DNA of 64,000 nucleotides from Chrysomallon squamiferum (Eukaryota > Animalia > Mollusca), in contig CM022677.1 of assembly GCA_012295275.1 (NCBI GenBank), positions 26,226,001 through 26,290,000 of the forward strand. The letters are read 5' to 3'. A model generated the notes under the pieces. It did not search any database, was not told the origin of the DNA, and saw only the letters and a program-made list of their open reading frames with translations. The first letter of the stretch is position 1. Every line of letters starts with the position of its first letter. Positions 1 to 12,960 of the stretch are shown here, one piece after another. Position numbers and translations under genes: made by a program.

Positions 1-421
1 ATAATTAAATTTAGTATTGATAATTACAGAGTTCAGAATTCAAAAATGTAATGAATGCACTGTTAATAAATGTTATAAATGGATCAAGTATATTTTAATT
101 ATTTTTTTATGTACCAAAAAATTGTCTGCATGAATAATTTTATTACTTTATGTTTGTGTTGCCAACATAATCCCTGATTTTATATGCCAAGTCACTTAAG
201 ACAGCTGATGTTGATTATCATAACTGTTATTAATCATAATTACTGTTGTTTTTATTACTTGAAAATTTTCAATTCTGTTTTATTAACTATTCATTTCATG
301 GAAAACATAAGTATTTTTAAAACAAACTGAATTTTCATATAATTTTCTTTACATTCTTTTATTTCTTTATTGGCAACTAAATTTAAAAGAAAACAAAACT
401 AAAAATTCATAATTTTTGTAG

Positions 422-604
422 TGAATGGAGGATGGTCAGCTTGGACAAGACAAAATGTACAAACCTGTCAGTCAAACTGTCGCAGAACTGTGACATTAGT
501 AAGAACTTGTTCAAACCCAGCACCTTCTAATGGTGGAAGTCAGTGTAGTGGAGACAGCCAAACTACAATCACAGAAAGCTGTTCTGGTGGACTGTGTGGT
601 AGAG
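422..604 (+). CDS. Gene A exon: TSP1 domain (CQSNC subtype)
   Basis: tag|TGAATGGAGGATGG...AGAG|gtgaga; 183 nt, phase 1-1; [23 protein letters not shown]. Confidence 0.9.
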
Positions 605-3600
605 GTGAGAATTTATTTTCTGTGGAAATGTAGGTCAAATTGTGGACTAAAAAATAATAGAAATAATTGCAAGAGCTCATTGAGTTTTAAATGTAATCTT
701 TATAGTGTTATTAAAACAACCAGCCATTTCTTTCAATTAGAATATTTTGTTTTGTTTGTTTAGTGGATGGAGGATGGTCAGCTTGGACAAGACAAAGTGT
801 ACAGACCTGTCAGACTAACTGTCGCAGAAGTGTGACATTAGTAAGAACTTGTACAAACCCAGCACCTTCTAATGGTGGAAGTCAGTGTAGTGGAGACAGC
901 CAAACTACAATCACTGAAGACTGTGCCGATGGACTGTGTGGTGGAGGTAAGTGTCTGCTGGTATCATTATCACAGTTTTTAAAAATTATTTTTTTTTTGC
1001 ATTTTGTAATATAAGTGTTAATAATGACATATATTTATGAATCTTATACAGTTTAGACAAATACATTCAGGTACTTCTAATAATATTTAGACAAATAATT
1101 TTGTGTTTAGCAGAAACCATTAAAAAAGCAGAAGCTATCTTAGGTTCAAATTTCAGTTGCTTTTAATAATTTTTAAATTTAAGAATTTTGGATACCTCAT
1201 GCATAATCTGTCTTATAGTGTGCTGTATATAACAACATTAATTCATGGATAATTCTGTATACCGCATCCATAACCTGTGTAATAATGTGTTCTGTATAAT
1301 TTTAATTCATGTAAATACTTTTTTATCAGGACAAGCTATATGGTCAGCTTGGGTAAGGACTACAATAGGCAGATGTTCAAAACAGTGCTCAAGGGAAGTG
1401 ACCCGAACTAGAACATGTCCTAGTGGTCAGAACTGCAATGGTCCTAGCACAGACAAAATTTTTGAAGCATGCACAGGAGACGATTGTCCTTCTAAACGTA
1501 AGAAATTATTATTAACAGGAGATGCACTTTCGATTTTTTTTGGACTGCCAATTAGGACACTCAAGCAACACTTTGAATGGCCTGCTACAATTTTGTTAAT
1601 TTTGTTTTTAACTTAAAAGCTTGTTATCATTTCATGTAAACTATAATAATATCACTTTTCTAGTTTTAATAAAAACTGTTGTAATTAAATTATTATTATT
1701 ATTATTGTCAAAGAATCCACCCAATCAAACACTCTGCATTAATAACAATTCTGATAGTATTTTTTTCAGCATCTTGTCAGACATTTTGAGTAAATGATCT
1801 AAAGTCTGATTCCAGACATACAAAAATTCCAGATATATAAAACTTGGAGGTTACTTTAAAAAAAATATTAACTACATCTGTAATGAATTTCATGATATAA
1901 TTATTTTGATTTTGAGAACTCTAAGCTGTTGGTTCTGAAGATAATGCATAAATTGACAGCGGCCAATGTATATTTTTTTTGTGTCCTTTGAAGACTGAAT
2001 AACACACACACACACACATATATTATTTTTTAATTATTTTTTTTCAGCCTGTCCTTATGACATCATTTTCGTCATTGATGAATCTGAGCTGATGCGTTCT
2101 TCGGGATTCACAGTAAATGGAAAAATTGGGTTCAAAAGAATCAATGATCAAATCATAGCATATCTGCAAGAAATGTCCAAGGCAAAGGTATTAGCCAAAG
2201 TAGGATACATTGGGATTGGATTAGACTTTTTGAATCGTAAAGCAGCTCGTGAGATTATTGCTCCCACTACTGACATTGAAAAAGTTATAGAAGATATAAA
2301 GAAAATCACACATCAAGACATATCTTTGGTTTGGACTCAAGTAATGAAAAGTCTCCCCAGTCTAATTCCAAAAGGTAATATTATATTGTTGTAGGAGAAC
2401 CTGTTCTGAATTATTTTTTTAAATAGAGAGTCACACATTTAACATCACAAACTGATGTTTTATAATCAAAAGTATTATCAGGGCCTGTAAATGTACTTGG
2501 TTATTTTAATACTGTTTATGAAGGTTAAATTACAAAATGGAAATACATTTTCATCTCAGGAGGATATTTAGGAATAAATATTGAATCTAACAGTAATGGA
2601 ATATTAAATTAAATCTCTTAGGAGAAAACCAAAGACAGTGCTAAGTGGAAAGACATCTGTGTAATATTTCTATGAAAGTAAACAGATCTCATTAACTCAG
2701 AGCTTGAAAATGAAATTAGTGGTAGATTTTATTTATTTTTAAATTAAGTACTATTCACAAATGATTGTAGAATGTAGAACACTCTGATGAATTCTTCTTA
2801 AGTTCTAAAATAATTTTTTTGTTTTTTAATGATTTTGTAGGTTCAAATGTTGTTATAATGGCTGCCACAGAAGTTTCTTCTAGCAACAGGCAGGCTGTAA
2901 GCACCACAATTAATGGCATTGATGCTGAGTTTTATGCCATTGGTCTTCCATTCAAGGTAGTTCTGTCTGATGCAGGACTGCTGCCACTGACACATAATAA
3001 AAACGAAAATGTGAAAATTTTGACAACATTTGATGATACATCAATTATAAATCAGCTCAAACTGTTTTTGCCAACTAAGTGTCCCAAAGGTTAGTTTGAT
3101 ATATTATTATTATTTTCTTATATTGTTATTATTATTCTGTGGGAAGGAAATATTCTTATTCTTCTTGATTAGTTTTCATCTTTCTTGCTTGTCTAGTATA
3201 TTTTGTATAGAGAACCACACATACACACAAATATACATACATACGCACATGTTTACATTCATATGAAAGTACATAAACACGTGAATTAAATGGTAATTTA
3301 ATATAATGTTCTTCTTATTTCATTTTTGAGCATTTAAGTACTAATTTGTTTTATTTTTATTTTTCCAACTATTTTTCAGGTGTTTCAGCAGGTAAGATTA
3401 TTTTTCTTTTTTAATTACTCTTTAAATTTATACATATAAATCGTTTTAAAATGAATAGAGTATTACAGAATTCTTATTATTTATTTAAGCTTTTTTATTG
3501 ATTCATATAAATATTTAAAGATAAAATCCTTTGAAAAATAAGTAATTAAATACTCTTTTTTTTTTTGACTCTATTTTCACTTAGAAATGACTGCATCTTT

Positions 3601-6600
3601 TTGAATGTCAGTTTATAACAGTATTATTATTACTATTGTTGTTATTGCTATTATTGTTATTATTTATGCTATGTAACTTCCAACCAGTAATCCTCATATT
3701 GTTCATTTATTGACAGTTTGTAGCAATGTCATGGATGTTGTTGTTGTTGTTGATGGCTCATTCAGCATTGGAGAAAGTACCTTTAACAACGAACTTAAAA
3801 ACACCTTGATTGGCCTCACTGATAACCTGTTTGGTTTGGGCAGAGACTTGAAGATTGGATTAGTTCTCTACAGTCATCAAGTAGATGCTGTTATTGATCT
3901 GAACAGTAATAAAGCAGAAATTAAATCAAACATTGCAAATTTCAAGTATCCTAATGGTGCAACATGGACACACATTGGAATAAAAGCTGCCAGAGAGAAT
4001 TTCATCAAACTAGGTAGAAAAAATTCTACAAAGGTATGTATTCATTGTGTTTCAGATGTATTTCTTAACCTTAACCTCTTAACCATACAGCTTTATTCCA
4101 TTATTTTCCATTATGAAAAAAGAATTCTTATCCTAATCTGACTAGCTTGGTGTGTACTTTTTCACACTGATCCTGTTTCTCATTCTGAAAAATACGGAGA
4201 TAAATTACTTGTCATTTTGGTTGCAGCAAGAAATAGCCTACTGCTTCAATCAGTTTTAAATAATGATATCTTAGGATAGAGACTCAAAGAGGAATAAGTT
4301 AATTATATAAAATATCATTTTAAAGCTTTGTCTCCTTTAATTCATTTTGCTGGGGTTTTTCAGTTTTGATTAATCTTGGTACAGATTTTTTATATTACTT
4401 TGTATTAATTTTACTTTTTTAATGTCAGAGTACTCATTAATAGACAAATATTTTATAATAATAATAATCATCATCATCATGAGCATCATCATCATCATCC
4501 AGCAGAAATAGATATATAATGCCAGTTAACCTTATCTTTTTCAATTTTTAACAGCTGATGATAATTATTACTGATGGTGAATCTACCAACCCACAACTAA
4601 CAATTCAGGAAGCAGCATTGGCTAAACAGATGGATATAACTATATATGCTGTAGGAGTTGGACAAGCCACCCAGACTGAACTGAGAGCAATTGCATCATC
4701 ACCAGCTAATGTATTGACAGCAGCAGACTATACTGTACTGGCAGCACAATTGAAAGAACTCACTAAGCTTTGTGCAGGCAAGTCAACTTCTACATAAAAG
4801 AAAATTATTACCAAACTAGTTTTCAAGCACAATTAAAAATAATTTAATTCTAATTTTTAATTAATTAATTTATTTATTTATTTATTTATTTATTCTTTTA
4901 ATTTCACGCTTACAGTTGATGGTGCCTGGTCTGCATGGTCACTTCAGAGACTGGGTAGTTGTAGTGTAACATGTGGTAGTGGCACTAGAATACGATTTGA
5001 GATAAGAACATGCACAAATCCTGCACCTAAGAATGGAGGCAAAGACTGCGGAACAGATGACAGGAGGAATCTTCAAGAAGCATGTGAAACAAATGTCTTA
5101 TGTCCAGGTAACAAGCAATAATTAAATGAAATATAATTTTTCTTTTAAACAAATTATAGACAGACATGTGGGCATGTTGTTTCTATTGTATTCTAACACA
5201 ATAAATAACGATCTCCAGATTGTGAATAAAATATTATGAGGAATTAAAATTATTTCTCTACCTACAAAAGTGAAAATGGCTGAAATAAATAAATGGCTAA
5301 AAAGAAGTCGCTGATTCAGTTCTTAATGATTTGGTGAAACTTTAAGGCTAATGAATTACAAAGTTATAATATATATTTTAATAAAACTATTTATATAAAA
5401 CTATTTTTTTTTACAAAAACTTTTGTTTACATAATTTTGTTTTAATGTTACATTAATATTTGCTATAATTGTTATTTGATTAAGATATTAATATATCTTG
5501 GGATTTATAATTCCTTTTACAGTCTGAGCATATATTTAATTAAGACAATAAAAGGTTTGGGCTCTTCACATATATAACTATTGATATGTTTGTATGTTCC
5601 TCATATTTGAGTAAAAATGATTTATATTTTGTTTCGTAGCCTGGGGTTCATGGTCAGCATTCAGTGCGGTTACAGCATGCTCAGTAACCTGTGGCTCTGG
5701 GGGTACTCTGACAAAAGAGAGAAAAAGAATTTGCGAGAATGATGTACAAGGTGGTAATGGGTGTGGAGCCAAATCACCTCAAGTTGAAACAAAAACTGAA
5801 TTGTGTTCAGCACAAAATCCCTGCCCAGCATGGGGAGCATGGAGCTCGTATGTTTATGGTGCCTGTTCTGCAACATGTGGAGCTGCTACACAGACTGGTG
5901 TAAGGACAAGAAAGTGTGAAAATGATCCCACAGGATTCAGCTGTGGCTCACAATCACCACAGAAACAGACCCAAACACAGGCGTGTTCCCTGCCTTCATG
6001 CTCATTCTGGGGAGCATGGACAGCGTATGGTGATATCACGCAGTGCTCTGTAACATGTGGACCAAACGGAGTGAAGACACAACAGCGATCTAGGACATGC
6101 GTTAATGACAATAACTTAAACACTGGATGTGGGGCTCTATCACCACAACTACAGAATAAGACTGTCCAATGTTCTGGACCTGCTTGTCCATTCTGGGGTC
6201 AGTGGTCACCTTACACCTATGCCGCCTGCTCGGTTACCTGTGGATCTGGTACACAAATTGGCACAAGAAGTAGACAGTGCATCAATGACATAACTGGATT
6301 TAGTTGTGGTTCGAAATCACCACAAGAGGAATCTAATACAAAAGCATGTAATCTAGGAGCTTGTCCTTACTGGAGTGCATGGACAGCTTACACATATGGT
6401 CCATGCACAAAAACCTGTGGCACTGGGTCAACAAAGACAGGTATAAGAACAAGAACCTGTATTAATGATAATAACTTCAAAACTGCTTGTGGACAGTCAT
6501 CGCCCCAAGAACAGAAACAAATTGTTGATTGCCAGGTACCAAACTGTCCTACCTGGGGCCCATGGACAGGGTACACAGACAAAACTAAATGTTCAGTGAC

Positions 6601-9600
6601 ATGCGGAACCGGCACGAAACGAACAGAAAGGACAAGAGTGTGCCTCAATGATGTAAAAGAAAAGAATGGATGTGGCGCATTATCACCACAATCAGATGTT
6701 AGGCAAGAACAATGCTTTGAAGGCCAGTGTCCATCTTGGGGATTTTGGTCTGCTTACAGTTATGGACCTTGCTCTAAGACATGTGGATCAGGTGGCACAC
6801 AAACAGGAACAAGAACAAGAATATGCGTGAATGACAATGTATTTAAGAATGGCTGTGGAGCAACATCTCCCCAGAATGATCAAACCACACGTACTTGTAC
6901 TTTGCCTCAGTGTCCTAGTTGGGGTCCATGGTCAGGGTACACAGCAATTACACAGTGTTCTGTAACATGTGGGTCAGGAGGAAGGTGGACAACACGCAGC
7001 ATCAGAATTTGTAACAACGACAACTCTTCAAGTACTGGATGTGGAGCCAAATCACCTCAAGAGTTGACTAGAACTGAATCATGTTCTGTTGGTACTACAT
7101 GTCCGTTCTGGAGTTCTTGGTCAGGATATACCTATGGTCCCTGTTCTGCAACATGTGGTACTGGCGTCACCCGGACTGGAACGAGGTCAAGAGTATGTCT
7201 CAATAATGATGAAACAGGACGTGGTTGTGGAGCAGAATCACCACAAACAGAACAGAAACTTCAGAGTTGTTCACAAACACCTCCATGTCCTTTCTGGGCT
7301 CCATGGACTGCATATAAATCAGTTACAGCATGTTCTGTCACTTGTGGATCAGGTGGTGTCCAGACATATCAGAGAAGTAGAGTATGCAATAATGATACAC
7401 CTAAACAAACAGGTTGTGGTTCACTTTCACCAGCTGTTGAAACCAGACAACAGTCATGTTCAGCAAATAGGAATTGCCCTGCATGGGGAGCATGGTCTGG
7501 ATATACATACACCGACTGTTCACCATCATGTGGTACTAGCATCACCAGAACTCAAACAAGAACGAGAACATGTCAGAATGACATCCAGTCTCAAACTGGT
7601 TGTGGTGCAAAGTCCCCTGACATAGACAGAACTATTGTGGCTTGTCCATCAAAACCATGCCCAAATTGGTCACCTTGGTCAGACTTCACAGCAATAACTC
7701 CATGTTCAGTAACATGTGGACCTGGTGGTCAGTGGACAAAACAACGGATGAGAGTCTGCAATAATGACAATGGCCAAAATAATGCTTGTGGTGCTACTTC
7801 ACCTCAAAGAGAAACTAAGCAAGAATCATGTATTTCAGCATATACTTGTCCATACTGGGGTCCATGGTCTGGATTTACATATGGTGATTGTTCTGCCACC
7901 TGTGGAACAGGAATTACAAGACCGGCTTCAAGAACCAGAATCTGCATCAATGATGTTGCTACCAAAAATGGCTGTGGTGCCAAATCTCCTCAAATTAACA
8001 CCAGCCGAGCACCTTGTACTAAACCATTGTGTCCTTTTTGGAGTTCCTGGTCAGATTATGTACCATCAAGTACATGTTCAGTAACATGTGGTTCCAACGG
8101 TTCAAGGACCCTGACTAGAAGAAGAGTATGTAACAATGATGTACTGGGTGGTGGAGGTTGTGGTCCTCAATCAGAACAAAATAAAACAGAAGCATGTTCT
8201 TCAAATGTTCCTTGCCCATTTTGGGGATCCTGGACTGAACTCCTGGGACCATGTTCTGCAACATGCGGTACTGACATTAAAAGGGTCATGGTGAAAAGAA
8301 GAACATGTCAGAATGATGATTCATTTGGAATAGCCTGTGGTTCAAAATCTCCCCAAGAGCAGCGAGAAGTTGTAAATTGTCAAGATAAGCCATGTCCTAG
8401 TTGGGGTTTGTGGTCAAATTACATTCCAACAGGTGCTTGTTCAGCAACATGTGGACCTAATGGTGTTTGGACTGTGATAAGAACACGAGTGTGCAATAAT
8501 GATGTACAAAATGGAGATGGCTGTGGTTCATCGTCACCACAACAGCAAAGTAAGCTTGAAAGTTGCCCACAAAACCCAAAACCATGTCCATCCTGGTCAT
8601 CTTGGTCACCCTTTACTTACTCAGCTTGTTCAGTAACATGTGGAACTGGTACAAAAACTGGAACATCAAGAAGATCATGTTTGAATGATGTAGCTGGTGG
8701 AAATGGTTGTGGAGCATCATCACCTCAGTCTCAGCAAGAGACACAGACATGCACCAGACAAGCATGTCCTTACTGGAGTTCATGGTCAGGTTTCACACCT
8801 ATTGAATCTTGTTCTGTTACCTGTGGTCCAGGAGGCAGTAGGAGAATCCAGAGAACAAGAACATGTATCAATGATAACAATGCACATAATGCTTGTGGTA
8901 GTACCTCGCCTGGTACAGAGACAAAAACAGAAACATGTACATCACCAGTCACATGTCCATACTGGGCTGCCTGGTCTGGCTACACCTATGGTGAGTGTTC
9001 TGCTACATGTGGACCGAGTGTCACAAGAAGGGGTTCAAGAACACGAGTCTGTGTCAATGATAATAATAATAAGAATGGCTGTGGTGCTATCTCGCCACAG
9101 ATAGAAACGAAGCCTCAGTCATGTAATGTTCCATTATGTCCCTTATGGGCATCATGGACTGATTACAGACAGATTGGCCTTTGTTCAGTGACATGTGGAG
9201 GCAATGGGCAGATGATACTTGAGAGAATGCGAGTATGTAATAATGACATACCTGAACGTACCGGATGTGGAAAAAAATCACCATTAATAGACAGAATTAC
9301 CCAAACTTGTTCAGCTAATGTACCTTGTCCTTCATGGGGTCCTTGGTCACCTTATAACTATGGTGGCTGTTCAGTTACCTGTGGCAAAGGAACAAAAACT
9401 GGCATACGATCTAGGACCTGTCAGAATGATGACAACACCGGGTTTGGCTGTGGGCTGAAATCACCAGACCAAGAGACATCTGTATTGCAGTGTTCACTAA
9501 AACCCTGCCCCAGCTGGAGTACATGGTCAGACTACACACCGACTACTGCCTGTTCTGTAACATGTGGACCAGGTGGTACTTGGGTGAAACAACGAATAAG

Positions 9601-11030
9601 GATCTGCAACAATGACAACACAAATCGTAATGGTTGCGGTGCACAATCACCTCAACAAGAAAGTAAACAGGAATCCTGTGTATCAGGAAATACCTGCCCA
9701 TACTGGGGTCCATGGTCAGGTTATAAATATGGCCCATGTTCTGCTTCATGTGGAAATGATATTAAACGGACAGGAACAAGAACAAGAATCTGCATCAATG
9801 ATAATAAAGATGGCAATGGTTGTGGGCAACAGTCACCTCTGACAGAACAGACACCAGTACCATGTAGAGTGACTGCATGTCCATCCTGGAGTACGTGGAC
9901 AGACTATAAACCTATATCTACATGTTCAGTAACTTGTGGACCAAATGGCGTGGTAACAGAGAGAAGACGAAGAGTCTGTAATAATGATAACAAATTTGCT
10001 AATGGTTGCGGAGCAGACTCGCCTCAAGACCAAACAAGGAATGTCCAGTGTAAGTTCCAGAAAGCCTGTCCCTTCTGGGGAAGCTGGTCTGCTTACACTT
10101 TATCTAGTTGTTCAGCTACATGTGGGACCGGAGCTACCAGAACTAAATCAAGATCAAGGACATGTCAGAATGACATAGACAGTGGTCTCGGCTGTGGTGC
10201 AAAATCCCCAGAAACTGACAGTCAGACAGAGCAGTGTAACCTGCCTGCGTGTCCCAGCTGGAGTACATGGACTCCCTACAATCCAATATCTGCATGTTCT
10301 GCAACATGTGGTCCAGGTGGAACATGGACAGTGAGGAGATCAAGAGTATGTAGGAACAACAATGGATTAGCCAATGCCTGTGGTGCTCAGTCACCACAAC
10401 AGGAAACCAAAACAGAATCTTGCACTTCATCGAAAACCTGTCCATACTGGGGTCCATGGTCTGGTTTTATCTATGGCGAGTGTTCTGCTACCTGTGGTAC
10501 AGGAATAACAAGGATGGGTACAAGAACAAGAATATGTCGCAATGACGTAAGTTCTAATGATGGCTGTGGTCAGAACTCTCCACAGACAGAAACTAAACCT
10601 CAGACATGTCAGCTACCATCATGTCCTTTATGGGGTGATTGGACGAATTATATTCCAATAGAGGCTTGTTCTGCTACTTGTGGTCCAAATGGAATCAGGA
10701 CTATTCGAAGACAAAGAGTGTGTCAGAATGACGTCCCTCAAAGAACAGCATGCGGTGCTCAGTCTCCTCAGTCGGAGAGTAAAAGGGAAAGCTGCTCATC
10801 CAATAAACAGTGTCCAGTTTGGAGCAGTTGGTCAACGTATGTTCCTGTAACTGGATGTTCAATTACATGTGGAGCCACTGGAGGTGTCCAGACTGTGAAA
10901 AGAACACGAACCTGTCTCAATGATGTGCCTGGAGGCGGCGGCTGTGGAATTGGTCTTAAAGAAGAAACAATAACTCAAGCTTGCTCAACAAATGTGCCAT
11001 GTCCAGGTAAGACTTCTCTTTATATATATT

Positions 11031-11084
<54 letters not shown>

Positions 11085-12918
11085 AAGAAAAACTAATTTT
11101 TAATCTTTCATATTTTATGCATGTTTTTCTTTTTTTTTCTTATTTTTCTTATCAAATTTGTCTATTGTCACATATTATTTATGTTCATTTGTTACCAAAC
11201 ATTTTATACTATTGTTTGTAAGCTCATGCACTCTGTTAATGTAATTATTATTTTAATTCTCTTTCTAGTTGATGGTCAGTGGGGTCCGTGGAAGAAAGGG
11301 TCAGTGGGTCAGTGCTCTGTTACTTGTGGCAGTGGAGTGCAGAAGAGGACACTGTTTCGAGCCTGTGACAGTCCAGCGCCTCAGAACAATGGGAAGGACT
11401 GTGTGGTCATCAACGGAATCTCAACAACACTGATTGAGACAGAGATATGTGTCAGAACACCGTGTCGTAAGTTATTTTAAATAGTCAGAATTTAACTTGG
11501 TCCATTTAGATGACTAAAAAATGTTTGTTATTAGAAATAGATATGTTTTGTTTGTTGTTGTTTATTTTGTTGTTTTAAAAAAAAAAAAATTATTAGTTGG
11601 ATTAAAATGTGACTCGGTTCTTTTTACTATTTATTTTTTATTATCACATCAGATTTTTATCCAAAAATAACATGAAGAAATCTATAAAGCTTTCTGAATT
11701 GTTTTGATTTTGTTTATTTTTTGTTTATTTTTTTGATTTTTGATTTGTTTATATTATTAGTTTTTTTTAATATAATTTTTCTCCCTCAAATTACATTTGA
11801 CAAATTGACAAAGCTTCATTTTGGATTGTTTTATTATTACATTATTTGACATTTTTTAATTATAATTTTATGTTTTTATTTTGAGTTCTTCAGTCTTGTT
11901 CAGTTTTGTTATCTCATGTTTTTCACTGATATTTTTGTATTTCAATAATTAGATTTTTAAATAAAGTTAAATTATTTATCTGTTTTCTTCACAGCTCGTG
12001 CAGCACAAGGTAAGCAAATATTTCTTTATATTAACTGAATTTTTAAATGTATAAATAATGAAATGTGAATTTTAATTTGGGTATTCATTCAAATAAACAA
12101 AAACATGTTCTGAAAAAAACACATAAGTTTACTTTTGTTCATTTATTATTATTATTATTAAATTTAAATTAAGGAATCATTCATTTTTTAATAGAAAATT
12201 AAGAAAAATCCTTGACTTTTTTTACATTTTTTATTTTTCTTTTATAAACAGTATTTTATGAAACAGTTGTTTACTAAGTTGTCATTAATCATCTTAAACA
12301 TACATAAAAACATTCATACCTAGAAATATTTCATTTCTTTTCTCATGTTGCATATATATATATATATATATATATATTTATTTTTTCCGCATATGTTAAT
12401 ACGTTTCTGTTTTAATGCAAACTTTACTGGCAGGCCTCTGTGATAATGCCACAATAATACAGGGAGTAGGCTACAATCCTCATCCAACAGACTGTGACAA
12501 GTTTGTCCAGTGCTATTATCGTAAATCTGATGGCTTCTCCATTGGTGTTATCAAGACATGTCCATTTGATCATTTCTGGGATCAGAAACAGCTTCGATGC
12601 AGTCTGGCTTGTAATGTTGATTGTCCATATGGTAAGTGTATTTTTATATTATTATTATTAAATATATATTATCATCACTTCTTAAAAAGCATCATCATTA
12701 ATTTATGGTTGGGTGGGTGTGAATTAAGAACTGACAGAAAAAATAGGCTTTTCTTTTCATTTGTCTAACTGATCATAATGAGTACAAGATAATGTTCCAG
12801 AACAGAGCACTATACACATACAAACACGCATGCACACATATATATATATACACACACAGTTTAACATTTTGTTAAGAGATAAATACTCTTTGAAAAATGT
12901 GTTAAATGTGTGTGTTTA

Positions 12919-12960
<42 letters not shown>

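Noticed and set aside
5578-10457. Antisense and alternate-frame ORFs overlapping the giant exon
   Set aside because: Shadows of the repetitive coding frame with no domain signatures.
5801-11221. 1806-aa ORF as a stand-alone gene
   Set aside because: No ATG or signal peptide; it is an internal exon (5640-11006) and its tail reads into intronic (CA)n.
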